From positions 58,962,001-59,026,000 of the forward strand of contig OZ024745.1 of NCBI GenBank assembly GCA_964016885.1: a stretch of 64,000 bases of DNA. The letters run 5' to 3'. The notes under the pieces were generated by a model that searched no databases, had not been told where the DNA came from, and worked only from the letters and a program-made list of their open reading frames with translations. The DNA comes from Eledone cirrhosa (lineage: Eukaryota). Numbering within the stretch: position 1 is the stretch's first letter; the number at the start of each line of letters is the position of its first letter. This document shows, piece by piece, positions 12,575-27,480 of this stretch. Both the position numbers and the translations under genes were made by a program.

Positions 12575-12835
12575 GTGAAAAATATGGGGAGAAGAATACT
12601 GCATGGTTGCACATGGATAACATGTTATAAAATGAGTCCCTCATCAGTGATTTGCCAACGGTCATTGGTATTTCATATATATATATATATATATATACAC
12701 ATACATATTCCTGATGATTTCTAAAGAATGAAACAGTTCTAGTCCTGTAGAATCTCATCTATATTAAAACTTTTATACTCTGCTATGTATTGAGTACCTT
12801 ACTTACTGTGGTTACTTCCGATTCAACCCGGAATA
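12005..12835. mobile_element. Non-coding PLE-type element with inverted HHR-bearing termini
   Basis: 12005-12068 is the reverse complement of 12707-12770. Internal ~150-bp duplication. Third, degenerate copy at 63291-63425. Flanked by (TA)n. Confidence 0.7.
12707..12754 (+). ncRNA. Type I hammerhead ribozyme
   Basis: ATTC-CTGATGA-TTTC TAAA GAAT-GAAA-CAG TTCTAGTC CTG-TA-GAAT. Confidence 0.7.
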
Positions 12836-12839
12836 ACGT

Positions 12840-13570
<731 letters not shown>

Positions 13571-14425
13571 GCTTGTTAGAACCATATCTTATCTCTTTGT
13601 TGGGGGCGGGTATTGCGTGTTTGTATGTATATGAGTATGTATATGATAGGTTAGTTGGTTGACTGGTTGATTAATTTGATTGAGAAGCATGACTGGGGGG
13701 GAAATGATGAGAAAACAAGGAAAAGAGAGACAACGAATATTTCTGAATGGAGAGAGAGGGGGAGAAGAGAGTGAAAGATATAGATTTGAATAGAATAGAA
13801 GTGGGAGATTTGGTGAGAGAAAGAAATGTGGTCAGGATGAGTAGCAACAACTAAAGAAAAGTTTGGTGTTTAGACGCTTTTGTTTGATCTGTAAACTAGA
13901 ATTAAAAGAAGCGATAAGTACAAATTATTGTAGGCTATTCCTTTTATACTTGGCAGATAATTGATGGCTTTCTAACTGTTTATTCAAATCATACATCTAC
14001 CTGTAAAAATAGTTCAACAATTTCTCAAGAAAATAAGTATAAGAGGTGGAAACGTCTAGATCAAAAAACAAAATGTTTGTACAATATAGAAAAATGGAAA
14101 TTTTATATAAATTACACTGGTGGTTGTCCCGAGCTTTTTCTTCCTCCTTTCTTTTTATGTGTTTCTTTCTTTCTTTCCTTCTGTTTGTCTCTAGATAATT
14201 CACTGTGTGTGTATTTGTGTGAGAATACACATATTTAGGTATATTTAGATACATACGAATATATACTTACGTAATTTTATATGAATGTTTGTACTATGTT
14301 AAATGCTTAGATATATGCACAAACGATGAATTTATGTTTATGTTGTGACATTTCCACCATCAATACATAATATCAATGGCCAATTGTTTTAGTCTCGTTA
14401 GCCCAGTTAATTTGCTGTTAGTGTA

Positions 14426-14499
<74 letters not shown>

Positions 14500-15059
14500 C
14501 GACTGACCTCTGTATAGTTAACGGGAAATTTTATATTTGTGTGTAAGAATGTATGTAAGAGTGCTTTTGTTTATTTATTTAGCTTTCAGTTCAAATTTCA
14601 TCGTCATTTAGATCTGGAGAAATAGAAGCAGCGACAACAACACTGCATTTCTCTCGTCTTCATATTTCTTGTTAAGACGTACTGTATCTGATACCCAGTG
14701 TACAACAGTGTACTTCACAGAGTAAAAAATATATATAACGTATTAAATCCATACTAATTTAGGATGAGATCAGGAGAAACTGACCAGGGTCTGCAGCAGC
14801 AACATATAATTGTCGATAGGAGAATTCATAGAATATCGATGAATAAATCCAAGGTCGTAAGATCGAGAGTTCGACTCCCGGTGATGAGTTTTATCCTTGA
14901 GCAAAACACATTATGTTTATAAGTGAAAAGCATTAAAAACCTGTGTTACAGAAATAGTCTACAATTGGAAGCGTGACATGATGCTGAATGAAAATAAAAG
15001 TAATATATATAAACATACACATACCGACCATAATTATATATGGAATAATACGCGATTCC

Positions 15060-15670
15060 CCCCCCACCTCCCACAGCCCCGCCGGTCAGAATGGAGAAGG
15101 CGTTTCCCCGGAGGACAGCAAGGGAGACACGCTGGAAAAGCCACTCCAACTCGCGGGGCTCACACCTGCGGCTGGCCAGCTCAGCGCCTATGGTGGTGAG
15201 TAGGGAGGTAGCCCTAGGACCGAGGACACCAGAAGTCTCCACTGACAGGGGTACAATCACAAACCTGTCGGAGAGCGACCGGTATTTGAGGAGTTTAGCC
15301 TCCTCAGCCCGACGTGCAGCAGAACCCGGGTTAATCGAAGACTGCACCAGGTTGCGGCTGCAGAAAGTGTCGGTGCAAGTGGCATCCCAGATGAGAGGTT
15401 TGCCACCGCGGAACGGGAAGATGGTCATGCCATCTGGCCTTTTGCCGTCCCCTCGGTCCAGCCCCACCGGCTCGAGCTGGGAAGGGAAGCCTGCAGCGTC
15501 CAAGCCATGCTTTATGACCTCGTTGGGGGCAGCATGGCGTGGAAGGCGGCCGGCACTGGGGCGACAGGAAAGCGGGTGGAGGCCGAAAGGGTCCACGGAG
15601 GATCCACAGCGACATTGGTGTGGCCTGCAGATCCGGAGGCCGAGCCTCAAGGAAACGCCAATGCGCAAGG
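15060..15670 (-). mobile_element. CRE-like non-LTR retrotransposon 3' fragment (Zn knuckle and restriction-like endonuclease)
   Basis: ORF 14946-15668(-): C.CG..D..GLH.LSC...R..RH, KRPDG, WDATC.DT, AE..K..KY, P..VETSG..G, LFQR.SLA..RGNA. Confidence 0.85.
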
Positions 15671-18600
15671 ATATACATTAGTTGACTGTTTCTATGTTCG
15701 AACAAAAACAAACGTCGTCAGAATACCTACATCATTATCAGCATGCATGTATGTATGAACTGATGTATGTATTATATATGTATACGTGTATGTGTGCATG
15801 TATGAATGTGTATATGTATGTGTGTATGTATGTATGTGTATATGTATGTGTGTATGTATGTATGCATGTATGTATGTATGCGTTTATATATGAATGCATG
15901 CATGCATATATGTGTGTATTGATGTATTATGCATGCATGCATATACGGATGGATGTATTATACATGCATGTATGTATTTATGTATTTATGTACGTATGTA
16001 TGCAAAAAACGAGCTTTTGTGTTTAATAATTGAATAAAAATTTTATCCATTTGCTATTATTGGAAATATCAAAAATATATTACATGAATATTTGAAATAT
16101 TTCTACGTAAAAAATTATTTTGTGAATTATTTTCTTTTATTTATCTGAATAGTTTTGGAATATACCATTTTTATTTTTTCGTTTTTCGTTTATAAGTGAA
16201 TATAACTTATTTATTCTCCGTGTTGCAATATTATTTTATCGGCTGGTATAGCCACAGCCTATAAATGTTAAGTAATAGGAGACAGATTTCCTAGTGGAGG
16301 AAACTATAGGAATCATGTTACTCCCGGAATGTCTCTTGTTGCCTGTTGTGTGTGTGTCCCCTCCCCCCTCCCCGCCTCACCATATCATACCACACCAGAT
16401 CACACCATGTTGTACCACTGAAATATATATCACAGCATTATTATTAAAAGACTTGAACATCTGAAACTACTTCGCTTTTCCTTATTCGATATTTACTCCG
16501 TCACTCCTATGTGGAAAAAGTATGTTGAGTGCTTGAATTAAATTGCATCAATGTTTACCCTAATAATTTAGCTCCAATTAGTTGAGCGCTCTATGATGTA
16601 ACCGATATGGTGGAGAAGAGAGGAACCAACCATGAGCTACCCCGGAAATTCCCTCTACCATGGGGATGGAAACCCGACGCTGGACGGACATAACAGTAAC
16701 TTTCGGCAGGATAAATATGCGGAAACAAAAAATAAGATAAACCCCTATTTTTCTGCACCAAATCGCATTTGAACAGAAGCCCCCTCAATTCAATCTATAC
16801 ATGGACAGATGGACAATCATATGGATCATTTTGCATATATGTACTCTGTGTTTTTTGCATTTATTCACTATTGGTTCTGTTCTTTTCTTTTGTGTACTTT
16901 ATGTCTGTTTTTCTTTGGTTTTGTTCCATGTGATGGAAATTATGACTGTGTACCAGATTGACTAATGCCTTGAACCCTGTAGTTTGCCCTCCGTTATAAT
17001 GTACGGCACTGTCGTTCAATATGTGGATAGAGTAACTGTGACACTAGAACCCCTCTCAGAACTTATTACTTAAACATCCCTCTCCATATTATTTACTCAC
17101 TTCAATCTATATTTTTTTACTCACCTCAATCTGAATTCTCACTTGAAAAACTTTTTAATTTTTTAATTTCTAATTGTTAATTTTTTAATTGTTTAATTTA
17201 TAATTTCTGATATTTGATTTAGGATTTTAATTTTATTTCCAACTCTCACTCTTAACTTCCAATGTAAAACCATGATACCTAGAATTAAGTTTATTTTCCC
17301 TTATGAGTTGATGGTCAGTCGTACTGTCAACTCTTGATGAGAGGTAGTATTATGACCTGTAAAAACTAACACTCTCCCATCCCCTCTGGCTTTCGGCTGA
17401 CTGCCACAGTATGGATGGGTAGCAGTAAACTATGGTACAGGCATAGGTGGGTCATTGTTTGGCTGAGAGGGTGAACTGACTAAGCGAATTTCGTTGAAAT
17501 CTGCGGCAGCTAATGGTCAACTTCCTTCGGATATGCGCCTGCGCAGACAGGTGGGGGTGAATTGGTACTCACAGGGGAAGGGATGAAAAACCCCAAAGCA
17601 CGCACTTCATCCGTTCCCATGTCGATTCAGAATCTGAAACCCTTGGCATAAACATGGAACATCCTATTAAGTCATACACAGTTGCGAGTGGCGGGTGGTA
17701 ATACGGGTAGAACCGAATGTTTGACGTTTGCCATATCAGTATAATCTTTTTCCTGGTAGAAATAAATAAATCTCTATTAAATAGGCAATTGTTTAACGCA
17801 AACATAATTGCTGTCGAGCTGTGCCGGCCCTTACCTTGGGGGGGGGGGGGGGGGGGCGTGCATAAATGGGTAACTAAGCTTTCCATTAGAGAGGAACTTT
17901 CTTGGTGCAAATACTCCGACTGTATACAACAGACGACAAAAGCCATTGATATATGAAAAAAGTCAAGCAATTTTCTTTGTTTATCCCATCTACGTGAGGT
18001 AGATGAATATTAATTGGTCTGTATTCTGTTACACACTGTGTTTTATACTGCAGTGTTGCTAAGGCTCTCCCAATGTTATGGTCTGTTCTTCAAATGAGTT
18101 CTACCTGTCAGTTTGTGTGGCCATTAAAAAAATATCTTAAACACCTGGCATAATTAAGTGTAATTTGTATGAAATGGTGTGTGAAATAAACACTTCCGTT
18201 GATTATTAAACGCTGTGTCATCCTTTAGGTTTATTTAATTTAATCTGTTTCAGTCAGCTTATGTTTATCGAATTATATTGCACAGAAATCATAATCTCGG
18301 GAATGAGTGAGGAAATGTTTTACTTTCTCAACACTCAAATATGTGTAGCTTACAGTTACATACAGCATACACACATCTAGATATGTATTTGCTTACGGAT
18401 AGACCGTGACAAATACACGCACAGGGGCATACATATACACGCCAAACGCACCAAAACACACACATTAATGTGTAACCATAGGCCATACACATACACACAC
18501 AAACATATATACACACGCGCGCGCACAGAGGCATACGCACTCACGCTTAGGTACACGTGCACAAATAAATGTATCCACACAGACACACATAAATACTCGG

Positions 18601-19029
18601 TAAGATGCACACGCATGGTTTCATCTGACATTCCCTTAATTATGCTAATAAATGACCATATATAGACACACGATATACAGTCTGGTGCCTCGGCAAACAG
18701 TCATTTCAAATTGATGCAAAAGTTTAGTATTTAATAACACATTAATTGAAAGTTTCTCAACTTCTGGGGCCACGCACCCCCTCTCACGGTCACGTAGTAC
18801 CCGCATCCCCCCTCACACCCTATTTCCAGAGAGACCTGCCTACACGCAAATTGTAAATAATATATAATAAAATCGTTAATTTATATATGATAATTTATAT
18901 AATATATACTATATATAAATAAATATTTTATATTTTTTATTTTATTATATTTATTATATTTATATATAGTATGTATCATTTGATATTTAATATTCTATTA
19001 TATCATCTCTACGGGGATTCTATGTGTGT

Positions 19030-19135
19030 CTGAGAAGACCTACCATGAGCAATGGCAGACTGGACAGACTCGCGTCTTGGCGATCCGTGCAATAAGCACG
19101 CCCGGATGACGATGACGATGATGATGATGATGATT
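19030..19135 (+). mobile_element. RTE LINE 3' tail
   Basis: Similar to 52105-52200; ends in (GAT)n. Confidence 0.55.
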
Positions 19136-20087
19136 GGTGGTGGTGTTATCCCTATAAGGTAATGTTATTTAAGGTATCAGTAAATCCTTTAACATCAGGT
19201 TATTTTAGAAATGACTCAAATATTCTTACGAGCCAAAACATGTAATATGAAACAAATTGTATATAAGTATATGCACTTTTATAAACAAAGTGTATTTAAT
19301 ATTGGACACAGGAGTTCTAAAAACCACATCCTCAAAGATTCAACAAAGATTCAAATGTAAACATTTCTAAGTTGTGGAAAATACTTTTAAATGTCTAATG
19401 AACAAAGAACTATTAATCAATGTCAGTTGACTTACAAACATTTATAAGTCATTTATTCAGCTGAGTATCTCGTACAATGTTACGATACCCATATTTTCTT
19501 AGGCGGTCGTTATGTTATGTGTTTTATACTATAGTACTATAGTATAGTGCCTTACATTTTTATGTCACATTTAATCAAATTTAGGGCTTCTTAATAGTAT
19601 ATGCTACAGTGCTGGTACTAATCTAATCTGGCATTGATACCACTAATCCACATCTCCAACGCATGTGAGGAGTTGAGAACCTCCTCAGAAAGTATTAACA
19701 AGATTCATGATAGAAAATTTCCCCCATTTGCCACCACAGCTGACGATAGAACAAATATTTTATTTTTCACTCATCTCAATATATCACGGTGAATAAACAT
19801 TATTATTATTAGATTCCAAAATCAATTTATCATGGTGACCTATATATATACAGATCGAAACATCTGCTCAACAGAAAATACTATAATTTATGATCCTCTG
19901 ATATTCACTTTTACAAATATCTATATTTGCTAATTGAATACATTAAATAAAGATAAAGTTAATTAGTTTTTAACTTTACTAAATGTTTATATTCACTTCA
20001 CTGATAAAAAGAAAGAAATCAGTTATTAAACTAAATTGTGTGTGTGTTTATCAATTAGTTTGCGGTTAGGACAGAAGAATTGACATA

Positions 20088-20318
20088 AAACGTTGATATA
20101 AAGAATACTGTAAGCATGCGCGGAGATGCTATAAAATGGCTTATGATATACGGTAAATATCCTTAAAGATAGATGATAGCAACTGCTTTTTCCGTCTTTA
20201 AAGGTCATCCTATTTTATAAGCTATTTTATAGCATCCCCGCGTATAAGCACACCATTCTTTATATTAACTTTATCCTCTTAGCGCTTCGTAAAAATCCGA
20301 GAGTTCGGTTATATATAC
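20088..20318. repeat. Foldback element (~90-bp arms plus conserved tail)
   Basis: Imperfect inverted repeat, homologous to 35518-35828. Confidence 0.6.
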
Positions 20319-21012
20319 ATCATAGAACTGTATTTTTAAATGTTTATGTAACGATAAGCCTGGATGTACACCAACGAGTGAGTATTTACTATATGCATGA
20401 AATAATAAGTGATATGCTGGCAAAATTGAATCACGGGTGGATGGTTATGTTGTTATAAAATAAGCCACAGTTATAAGGCCTACAACACAATATTTACTGC
20501 AAACAAAAACAGAGGAATTCTTCCCCAAGAGAAGTATTAATATTAAATGCACCCCTCGAAAAAAAAAAAGGCCGTTCGGGATTATTTATTTGCCAAAATG
20601 AGTGGTTAGTCCCTGTTCTCTCTAAGCTGTGTGACTGTTCAGGTGCACACGTTTACTAGACAGCACTAAAAGGAAATTAATATGCACACAAAAGTGTAGG
20701 TGCTTAAACTAAAATTACAATTGATAATTATACTTATGCACAAATAATTTTGTCACAGGAAAAAATTAAAAAGAACACTGAAATTTGGAAACTGCTACTA
20801 AAGATTGAGTTAGAGAATGTTAAGTGATTTGATCATGGACATATAACCTCTCCTTTGGACTGGAGCTTCGTTGACTTCAGTCGACTTCAACTCTATATAG
20901 TTACATGCTCTAGTGTATAATAAAGTGACTTTGACAAATATAATTGTATCGGAGGGTTTTTTTACATAAGTAGAGTAAAGAAACTTGTCCAAAGGAAATA
21001 CTACTAAATTTT

Positions 21013-21100
21013 CAAAAATCATGTTTCATACTTATCACTTCACTAAATGAGGCCACAAAAATCATGTTTCATACTTATCACTTCACTAAATGAGGCCACA
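21013..21100. repeat. Perfect 43-bp tandem duplication
   Basis: CAAAAATCATGTTTCATACTTATCACTTCACTAAATGAGGCCA x2. Confidence 0.9.
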
Positions 21101-21288
21101 TAGTATTCAGTATCTGGGGTAGAGAATATATATAGAAAATATATTGATCTATTTCAACATGGCAGGTCATATTTGAAATTAAGTAACTTTTCTAACTCTG
21201 AAACTTATATTATTCGGGAGGTCAGAGAAAGCGACAGAGAAATTTGGGGCGGGGTTACTTTTATGAAAAATATTATTTATCCTTATTG

Positions 21289-21390
21289 AAGTTAACTTTA
21301 CCTTTCATCCTAACGGGGTCGATAAAATAAAGTACCAGTAATACACTGGGGTAATTTCTGGCCTTGTGCCAACAAGTAGAAACAATTATT
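21289..21390 (+). mobile_element. SINE family A, 3' half
   Basis: Family A core and tail. Confidence 0.8.
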
Positions 21391-22321
21391 ATCCTAAGTG
21401 AATAAAATATTCAAATTTTGGTAGTTTTCAGTCATTTATTAAATTTTTTCATTTATTTTGTGTTGTATATGTGTAATTAAGTACTGAATATATTATTTGT
21501 ATACATGTGTGTGTGTGTGATTTATAAATAAAATATTTAAAATAGCATATTCGTCTTTAGTATTTGGTGGTTGTTTCTAAATTCTCTTTTATCTTTTACT
21601 TGTTACAATCGATAGACCAAGGCCATGCTGTGTATGTGTGTGTGGTGTATGTGTGTGTGGTGTTTGTGTGTGTGTGTATGTGTGTGTTTAAAGATCGAGA
21701 GGAAATTACTTTTCTTGCTGAAGAACACTCAATACTCTAGTAGAGTGTAGTAGTTTAGTATTGCTGATGTAATACGGTTACGTCGGAGTTTGATTGATCC
21801 CTGTATATAACTGGTACTTATTTAATTCAGTCGACCTTGACAGAATAAGGTGAGCAACTATATAACACAAATAGTTTGTCGCTCTATCGATTCTACTATT
21901 TACCAACCTCTCCTTTAACAGCTTCTTTCACACAAAGGAATAAATATCAAACTTTAAAATATGTATTGATTACTCTCTGTTGTTTCTTATCTCCTGCTTA
22001 AATCAACACGTAAACAGGCAACACACACACACATATGCACACACACATACAAAAAACATCACAAACGCACGTACACGTGTGTACATACATACATATTTAC
22101 ATATACATACACACACGCGACTGGGACGACGTGGATGGGGGAGAAGCGGGCGGCAATCGTTGCTCCAGTCCTATCAAGTGCAATATGGGCCCCAGCATTA
22201 AAAAGAGGTTAACTTTTCGACGAATTATCGTCCCCACTGAATGTGACACCTACACTCAACCCTTTAATGCAGCATGAAACCAGGATAAGCGCCATACATT
22301 TTTAACCAAACATATTTTAAA

Positions 22322-22513
22322 TAATTGTTTCTACTTTTGGCACCAGGCCAGCAATTATCCCAGTGCATTACTGGTACTTTATTTTATCGACCCCGTAAGG
22401 ATGAAAGGCAAAGTTAACCTCGGCGGGATTTGAACTCAGATCATAAAGGGAGGTAACTCTATGCTTCAAAGCATGGCGCCCGACACTCTACCAATACTGC
22501 CAATCCACCGCCC
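22322..22513 (-). mobile_element. SINE family A, full length
   Basis: Reverse complement of family A consensus; TSD approximately TATTTWAAATAAT. Confidence 0.85.
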
Positions 22514-23399
22514 TATTTAAAATAATGGGTTTGTATTTTGAAAGCAATTTCAGTGAAAAATTTCAACAGAATATTTAGTATTCAATATTTGATTACCATT
22601 TCTGTCAAATACAGAACATACTCCAATAAATATTTTGTTAAATGAACTTCTCGCGTTAAAGAAGCACGATAATTACATATTAAAGGAAATATAAAAGTTC
22701 AGAGTTATCGAACTTGTTTCTAATGTTATCTCCCTTCGACACATTTTCATATAGTTTTTTTCTCTATTTAGTATTTTTTTTTTTTTGTAAAATTAGGCTA
22801 GTATTTCAATAGATATCATAAGAAATTTCTGTGATAGTTTAAAAACATAAAATACTAATCTCAGATATTTATTTTGCTTTATTGAAGCATGTTAAAAAAT
22901 ACGTATAAACTATTTACTCCTATATACAATAAATAGGGGAGATAAATAGGATTGTTCTTAAACAGTTATCTAAAAAGTTGCGTTTCGCTTTTATTTGGGG
23001 GGGGGGGGGGGGGGTCGATGTATTTTTTTTATTTATCAAATTTCTTATTTGAGAAAGATCTAAAAGGTACGGGGAAATGCTGATCATCTTTCGGGGATGC
23101 AATGTGAACATTTATACATTACTTCATATCAGTTTTAATAACCAACAGTGTTAAAAGAGATACGACGAGTGTAATAAGCTATTTGCTAGTAAAACTGATT
23201 GATAAATTGGCTAGTTTTCAGTTTTATAATTAAATAACTTCAAATGACAATACACAAAACATTGTCTAGATTAACTTATTTACTTTCTGTTCTTTAGCAT
23301 ATTTCTCCAAAATTAATTTTCCTAATTGATTTGTTTTTAGAATTAAAAAAATAATAATAACAAATGAATTAACTCAATTTTAACTTTGAATACATATAT

Positions 23400-23580
23400 A
23401 TAATCACGCTAATGTTGCTTCGTCACTTTTACACAATATAAATTACATTCAACAGAATAACAATCAGGCTCCGATCAAAGGATAGTATTTTGTTGTTGTC
23501 ATGTAAAAGATGACAATAATTTGAAATAATTCTTTTCACCAAAGGTTTGTGAATAAACTTGACGTCATCTAACGTCATGG
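23400..23580 (-). pseudogene. Degenerate LINE-type RNase H fragment
   Basis: HKPLVKRIISNYCHLLHDNNKILSF resembles the HPLV..I...H.L....K.I.F.W.P.H segment of non-LTR RNase H. Decayed. Confidence 0.3.
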
Positions 23581-24339
23581 ACAGGACCGGATTTAATGTG
23601 GGGGATGGGGACACAGTGAGAATCATTGTCAGAACCACAACATTCAGTCGAGTATTTCTTGTTTCCCTGTCAATTATGAGAAGAGTCCCATATATTGAAA
23701 ATTAAACATGACCTTAGGTTTGTTCGTGAGATTTCAGACTTGTCTCTAGAATTGATGGTGCCCCAAGCAAACTAAATTTTAATACAATACGATGGACACT
23801 TGACAAACACTTAGTGTAACTTGGAAGTGATAAAGTAGAAGAGTGGGAAAAAAAGACAGAAGAGCTTTTTGCATAGTTTTCTTACATCTTCTTCACATTT
23901 GTCAACACAGTGATATAGCCTAAGTTGGGAAACCTTGACATAGACCAAGTCATTATTGAAGTGGATCTATTGACCTCCAGGCAAAGGGTTGATCGCAAAA
24001 TGTCAGATTTCACATCCTCATAGAATAGAGTCATATTGCAACTCATATACTACTGATGTAGAACAGCACCATCACAACAACCTGCAGGTAAGAACTCAAT
24101 GTTAAAACGAAGTGTTGTATAAATAGATTTATTGATAATATTACAACAACACCACAATGTTTCAGCAAACTGCATTTTCTAAGCTTTATCAGAGACGAAA
24201 TACATGCCTACGTATATATATATATACATATGTGTGTGTGTGCACATACATATGTATGTAGTATGTACATGCGTTTAACGTCTATGTATGGATGTCCGTA
24301 TGTATATATTTACATACATATATGTGTATGTATGTTCTA

Positions 24340-24524
24340 TAATTGTTTCTACTTTTTGGCACAAGGCCAGCAATTACCCAGTGCATTACTGGTACTTTAT
24401 TTTATCAACCCCGTAAAGATGAAAGGCAAAGTCAACCTCAGCGGGATTTGAACTCAGATCGTAAAGGGACGTAACTATGCTGGAAAGCATGGCATCCGAC
24501 CCTCTACCGATACTGCCAATCCAC
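24340..24524 (-). mobile_element. SINE family A
   Basis: Reverse complement of family A consensus. Confidence 0.85.
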
Positions 24525-24715
24525 AATGTACTGAAGAATGTTTCTGTGCATGTGATATGTGTAAATGTACATGTTATATGTGTGTATATGTACATGTTAT
24601 ATGTGTGTATATGTATATTATATATGTTATATATGTGTGTATGTATATTAGCAGCCTGACATCTATTGCGATATTGTTGATGGCAGTACCATGTTATAAA
24701 CTGTAACATATAATC

Positions 24716-24886
24716 TTATAAATGACTGATAACTTCATCTTCTTTCTGGTTTGACACCTGATCAGGATACTTCATATCCATTGCAATATTTTCTTGGCCA
24801 GCAGGCAAATCTGTTATTGTCTTCTTTTCCACTTTTGGCTTTTCTTCCTCCACACTTACCGCGTGTTCCAACTCCTTGTGTATTTT
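24716..24886 (-). CDS. MS4A/CD20-like 4-TM protein, coding exon 7 (last): KIHKELEHAV...EVISHL*
   Basis: Acceptor ctttcag, phase 0, 171 nt to the stop; in phase with exon 6. Confidence 0.75.
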   Translation of the reverse strand, partial: KIHKELEHAVSVEEEKPKVEKKTITDLPAGQENIAMDMKYPDQVSNQKEDEVISHL

Positions 24887-25075
24887 CTGAAAGATATGTG
24901 ATAGCTTATTAGACAAAATTATAAAATCTCAATATGATAGTGTAGTGTTCTGAGAGAGAGAGAGAGAGAGTGAAAGAATGTGAAAGAAAATATGACTATA
25001 TATGTATATGAATATATGTGTATATATACACATACATATGGATACATATACACACACATATATATACATGTGTGT

Positions 25076-25588
<513 letters not shown>

Positions 25589-25714
25589 TAGAAGTGGTTA
25601 CACAACAGTTAGTTCACCATACCGAGAACAATTGTTTCACCTTAGCAGATCTTCAGTTCGTAATGGACCAATTGTTCTCAGTGTGGTGAACTAACTGTTG
25701 TGTAACCACTTCTA
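25589..25714. repeat. 46-bp inverted repeat overlapping an HHR-like motif (minus strand, 25623-25660)
   Basis: Arms 25589-25634 and 25669-25714. Minus strand CGAA-CTGAAGA-TCTGCTAAGGT-GAAA-CAATTG-TT-CTCG. Confidence 0.75.
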
Positions 25715-25775
25715 CCTAACTCGTCCTATGGACTGAGTGTTCTACCACTACGGATATTATCTTCCAGTGTTCTAC

Positions 25776-25819
<44 letters not shown>

Positions 25820-27059
25820 TCAGGACTGAATGGCTGAGCTCTTGCCATTTCAACAGCTAGTTCTATTCTGGATCTAACTGTTGAAATGGCAAGGGCTCAA
25901 CAGTCAGGTCTTTATAAGATAACTATACTCTACTATGTAATGTATGTACTAATACAAGGTATTAGCTGAACATTCAAGGAACTAGCAGCTTTAGAGTCTT
26001 TGTTGACAAAGGCATATATTTGTCATTATGACAAGTTTTATGTATGGCTTGTCATCACTAAACTTCATGGCAGATGACTACAGCATCACACTGACCACTA
26101 CATCATCAGTGGCTACTGCACCATTATATATTTCAGATGTCCATAAGGGAGGAAGAATTCAGTATATAATAAAGAAAATGTATATGGTTTTTTTTTTTAT
26201 TCATTTTCTTACTACATAGCTATGGTATTTCAGCAAAGCTAGTGGGGGTGCTTGCTAAGCTTCTTTAGATATATATGTGTGCGCATGTGAGTATGCATGT
26301 GCGTGTACATGTGTGGTTGAACACCTTTGGTTCAAAAAATTAGGTTTTCAGTTGTTCGAATAATAGAAGAGTCTGCTCATAAAATACCTGTGCAAGTGGT
26401 TGAGTATTCCACAGTCACATGTACCTTTAATGTAATTCTCGGGGAGATTCAGCATGATACATTGTGTGACAAAGCTGCCACTTTGAAATACCAGTACAAC
26501 TCCTTTTGTCAAAGCTAAGTAGACTGGAAGAATGTGAAATAATGTATCATGCTTAAGAATGTGGTGCCTGGAATTGAACTCATTAGGTGGTGGTGGTGGT
26601 GGTGGTGGTGGCGGCAGCGATGCTGAAATCTTTTTTCAGCGTGTGTCTTTATAGATAGGAGATGGTAAAAGTGTGTGTGAAAGAGAAAGAGGGGGAGTCA
26701 GCAAATGCTGAAACAAATCTTTATAGAAAGGGTATGGTAAGATTGTATGTATGAAAGAGGGGGAGAAAGAGCAATAACAAGTTTTTATAGAAATCAGATG
26801 GTAGAGAGTATATGTAAGAGAGAGGGAGACTGAGAGACTGAAAAACAGCTATAACTAGTCTCTATAGAAAGGCGGGTGGTAAGATTGTGTGTGCAATTTT
26901 TTTTAAAGATTATATTATTTAAGTGTATATATAAAACTTTTCAATAAAACATTTAAAATATCATGTTGATCTTTAATACTTGGTGCTTGTTTCTAATTAA
27001 ACCATGGAATTTCTGCAGAGTTCAGCTAGTTATAAATGAAATGTGGAAAAATTCCTTAC

Positions 27060-27189
27060 ATATATTTTTCTATAAGTGAAACTTGTGAACGCTATACTGC
27101 AAGCACACAAACAGGCACTTCCTATTAAAGTAGTCAGACATATAGCCATGAGTGAATACTTCTGACATTCTCCAACTTGAGGATAGGGC
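27060..27189 (-). CDS. MS4A-like exon 6: (K)PYPQVGECQKYSLMAICLTTLIGSACLCACSIAFTSFTYRKIY (TM4)
   Basis: Acceptor tttctttaacag, donor gtaagg, phase 2->0, open and hydrophobic. Confidence 0.85.
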
Positions 27190-27229
27190 CTGTTAAAGAA
27201 AAAAAAAAGATTTTATTAAAACATAAGAG

Positions 27230-27480
27230 GTATCAAATGTTGTGTACAGGAGAGGAGATTGCGTTGGTATGGACATGTGATGAGTATGAAGGACAACAGC
27301 TCTATAAAAAAGTACAGGACTATCAAAATTGATGGAAGCTACGGAGTGGGTAGACCCAGAATAACCTGGGATAAGGTGATAAAAACTGACCTTGTTCACT
27401 TACACCGCTCTAAGACAATGTCACTGGATCAAGATCTTTGGCACTATGCAGTTATACAGAAAACCCGCCTTCCCTTACGT
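27230..27480 (+). mobile_element. RTE LINE 3' coding fragment
   Basis: RWYGHVM.MKD...GRPRITW; homologous to the ORF at 61837-62415. Confidence 0.8.

Noticed and set aside
14001-14055. Isolated minus-strand AG..GT-bounded 55-nt segment
   Set aside because: No partner exons or recognisable protein; cannot be supported.
17303-17340. SECIS-like ATGA..hairpin..TGA
   Set aside because: GA quartet register does not fit, there is no apical AA, and no UGA-containing ORF lies upstream.
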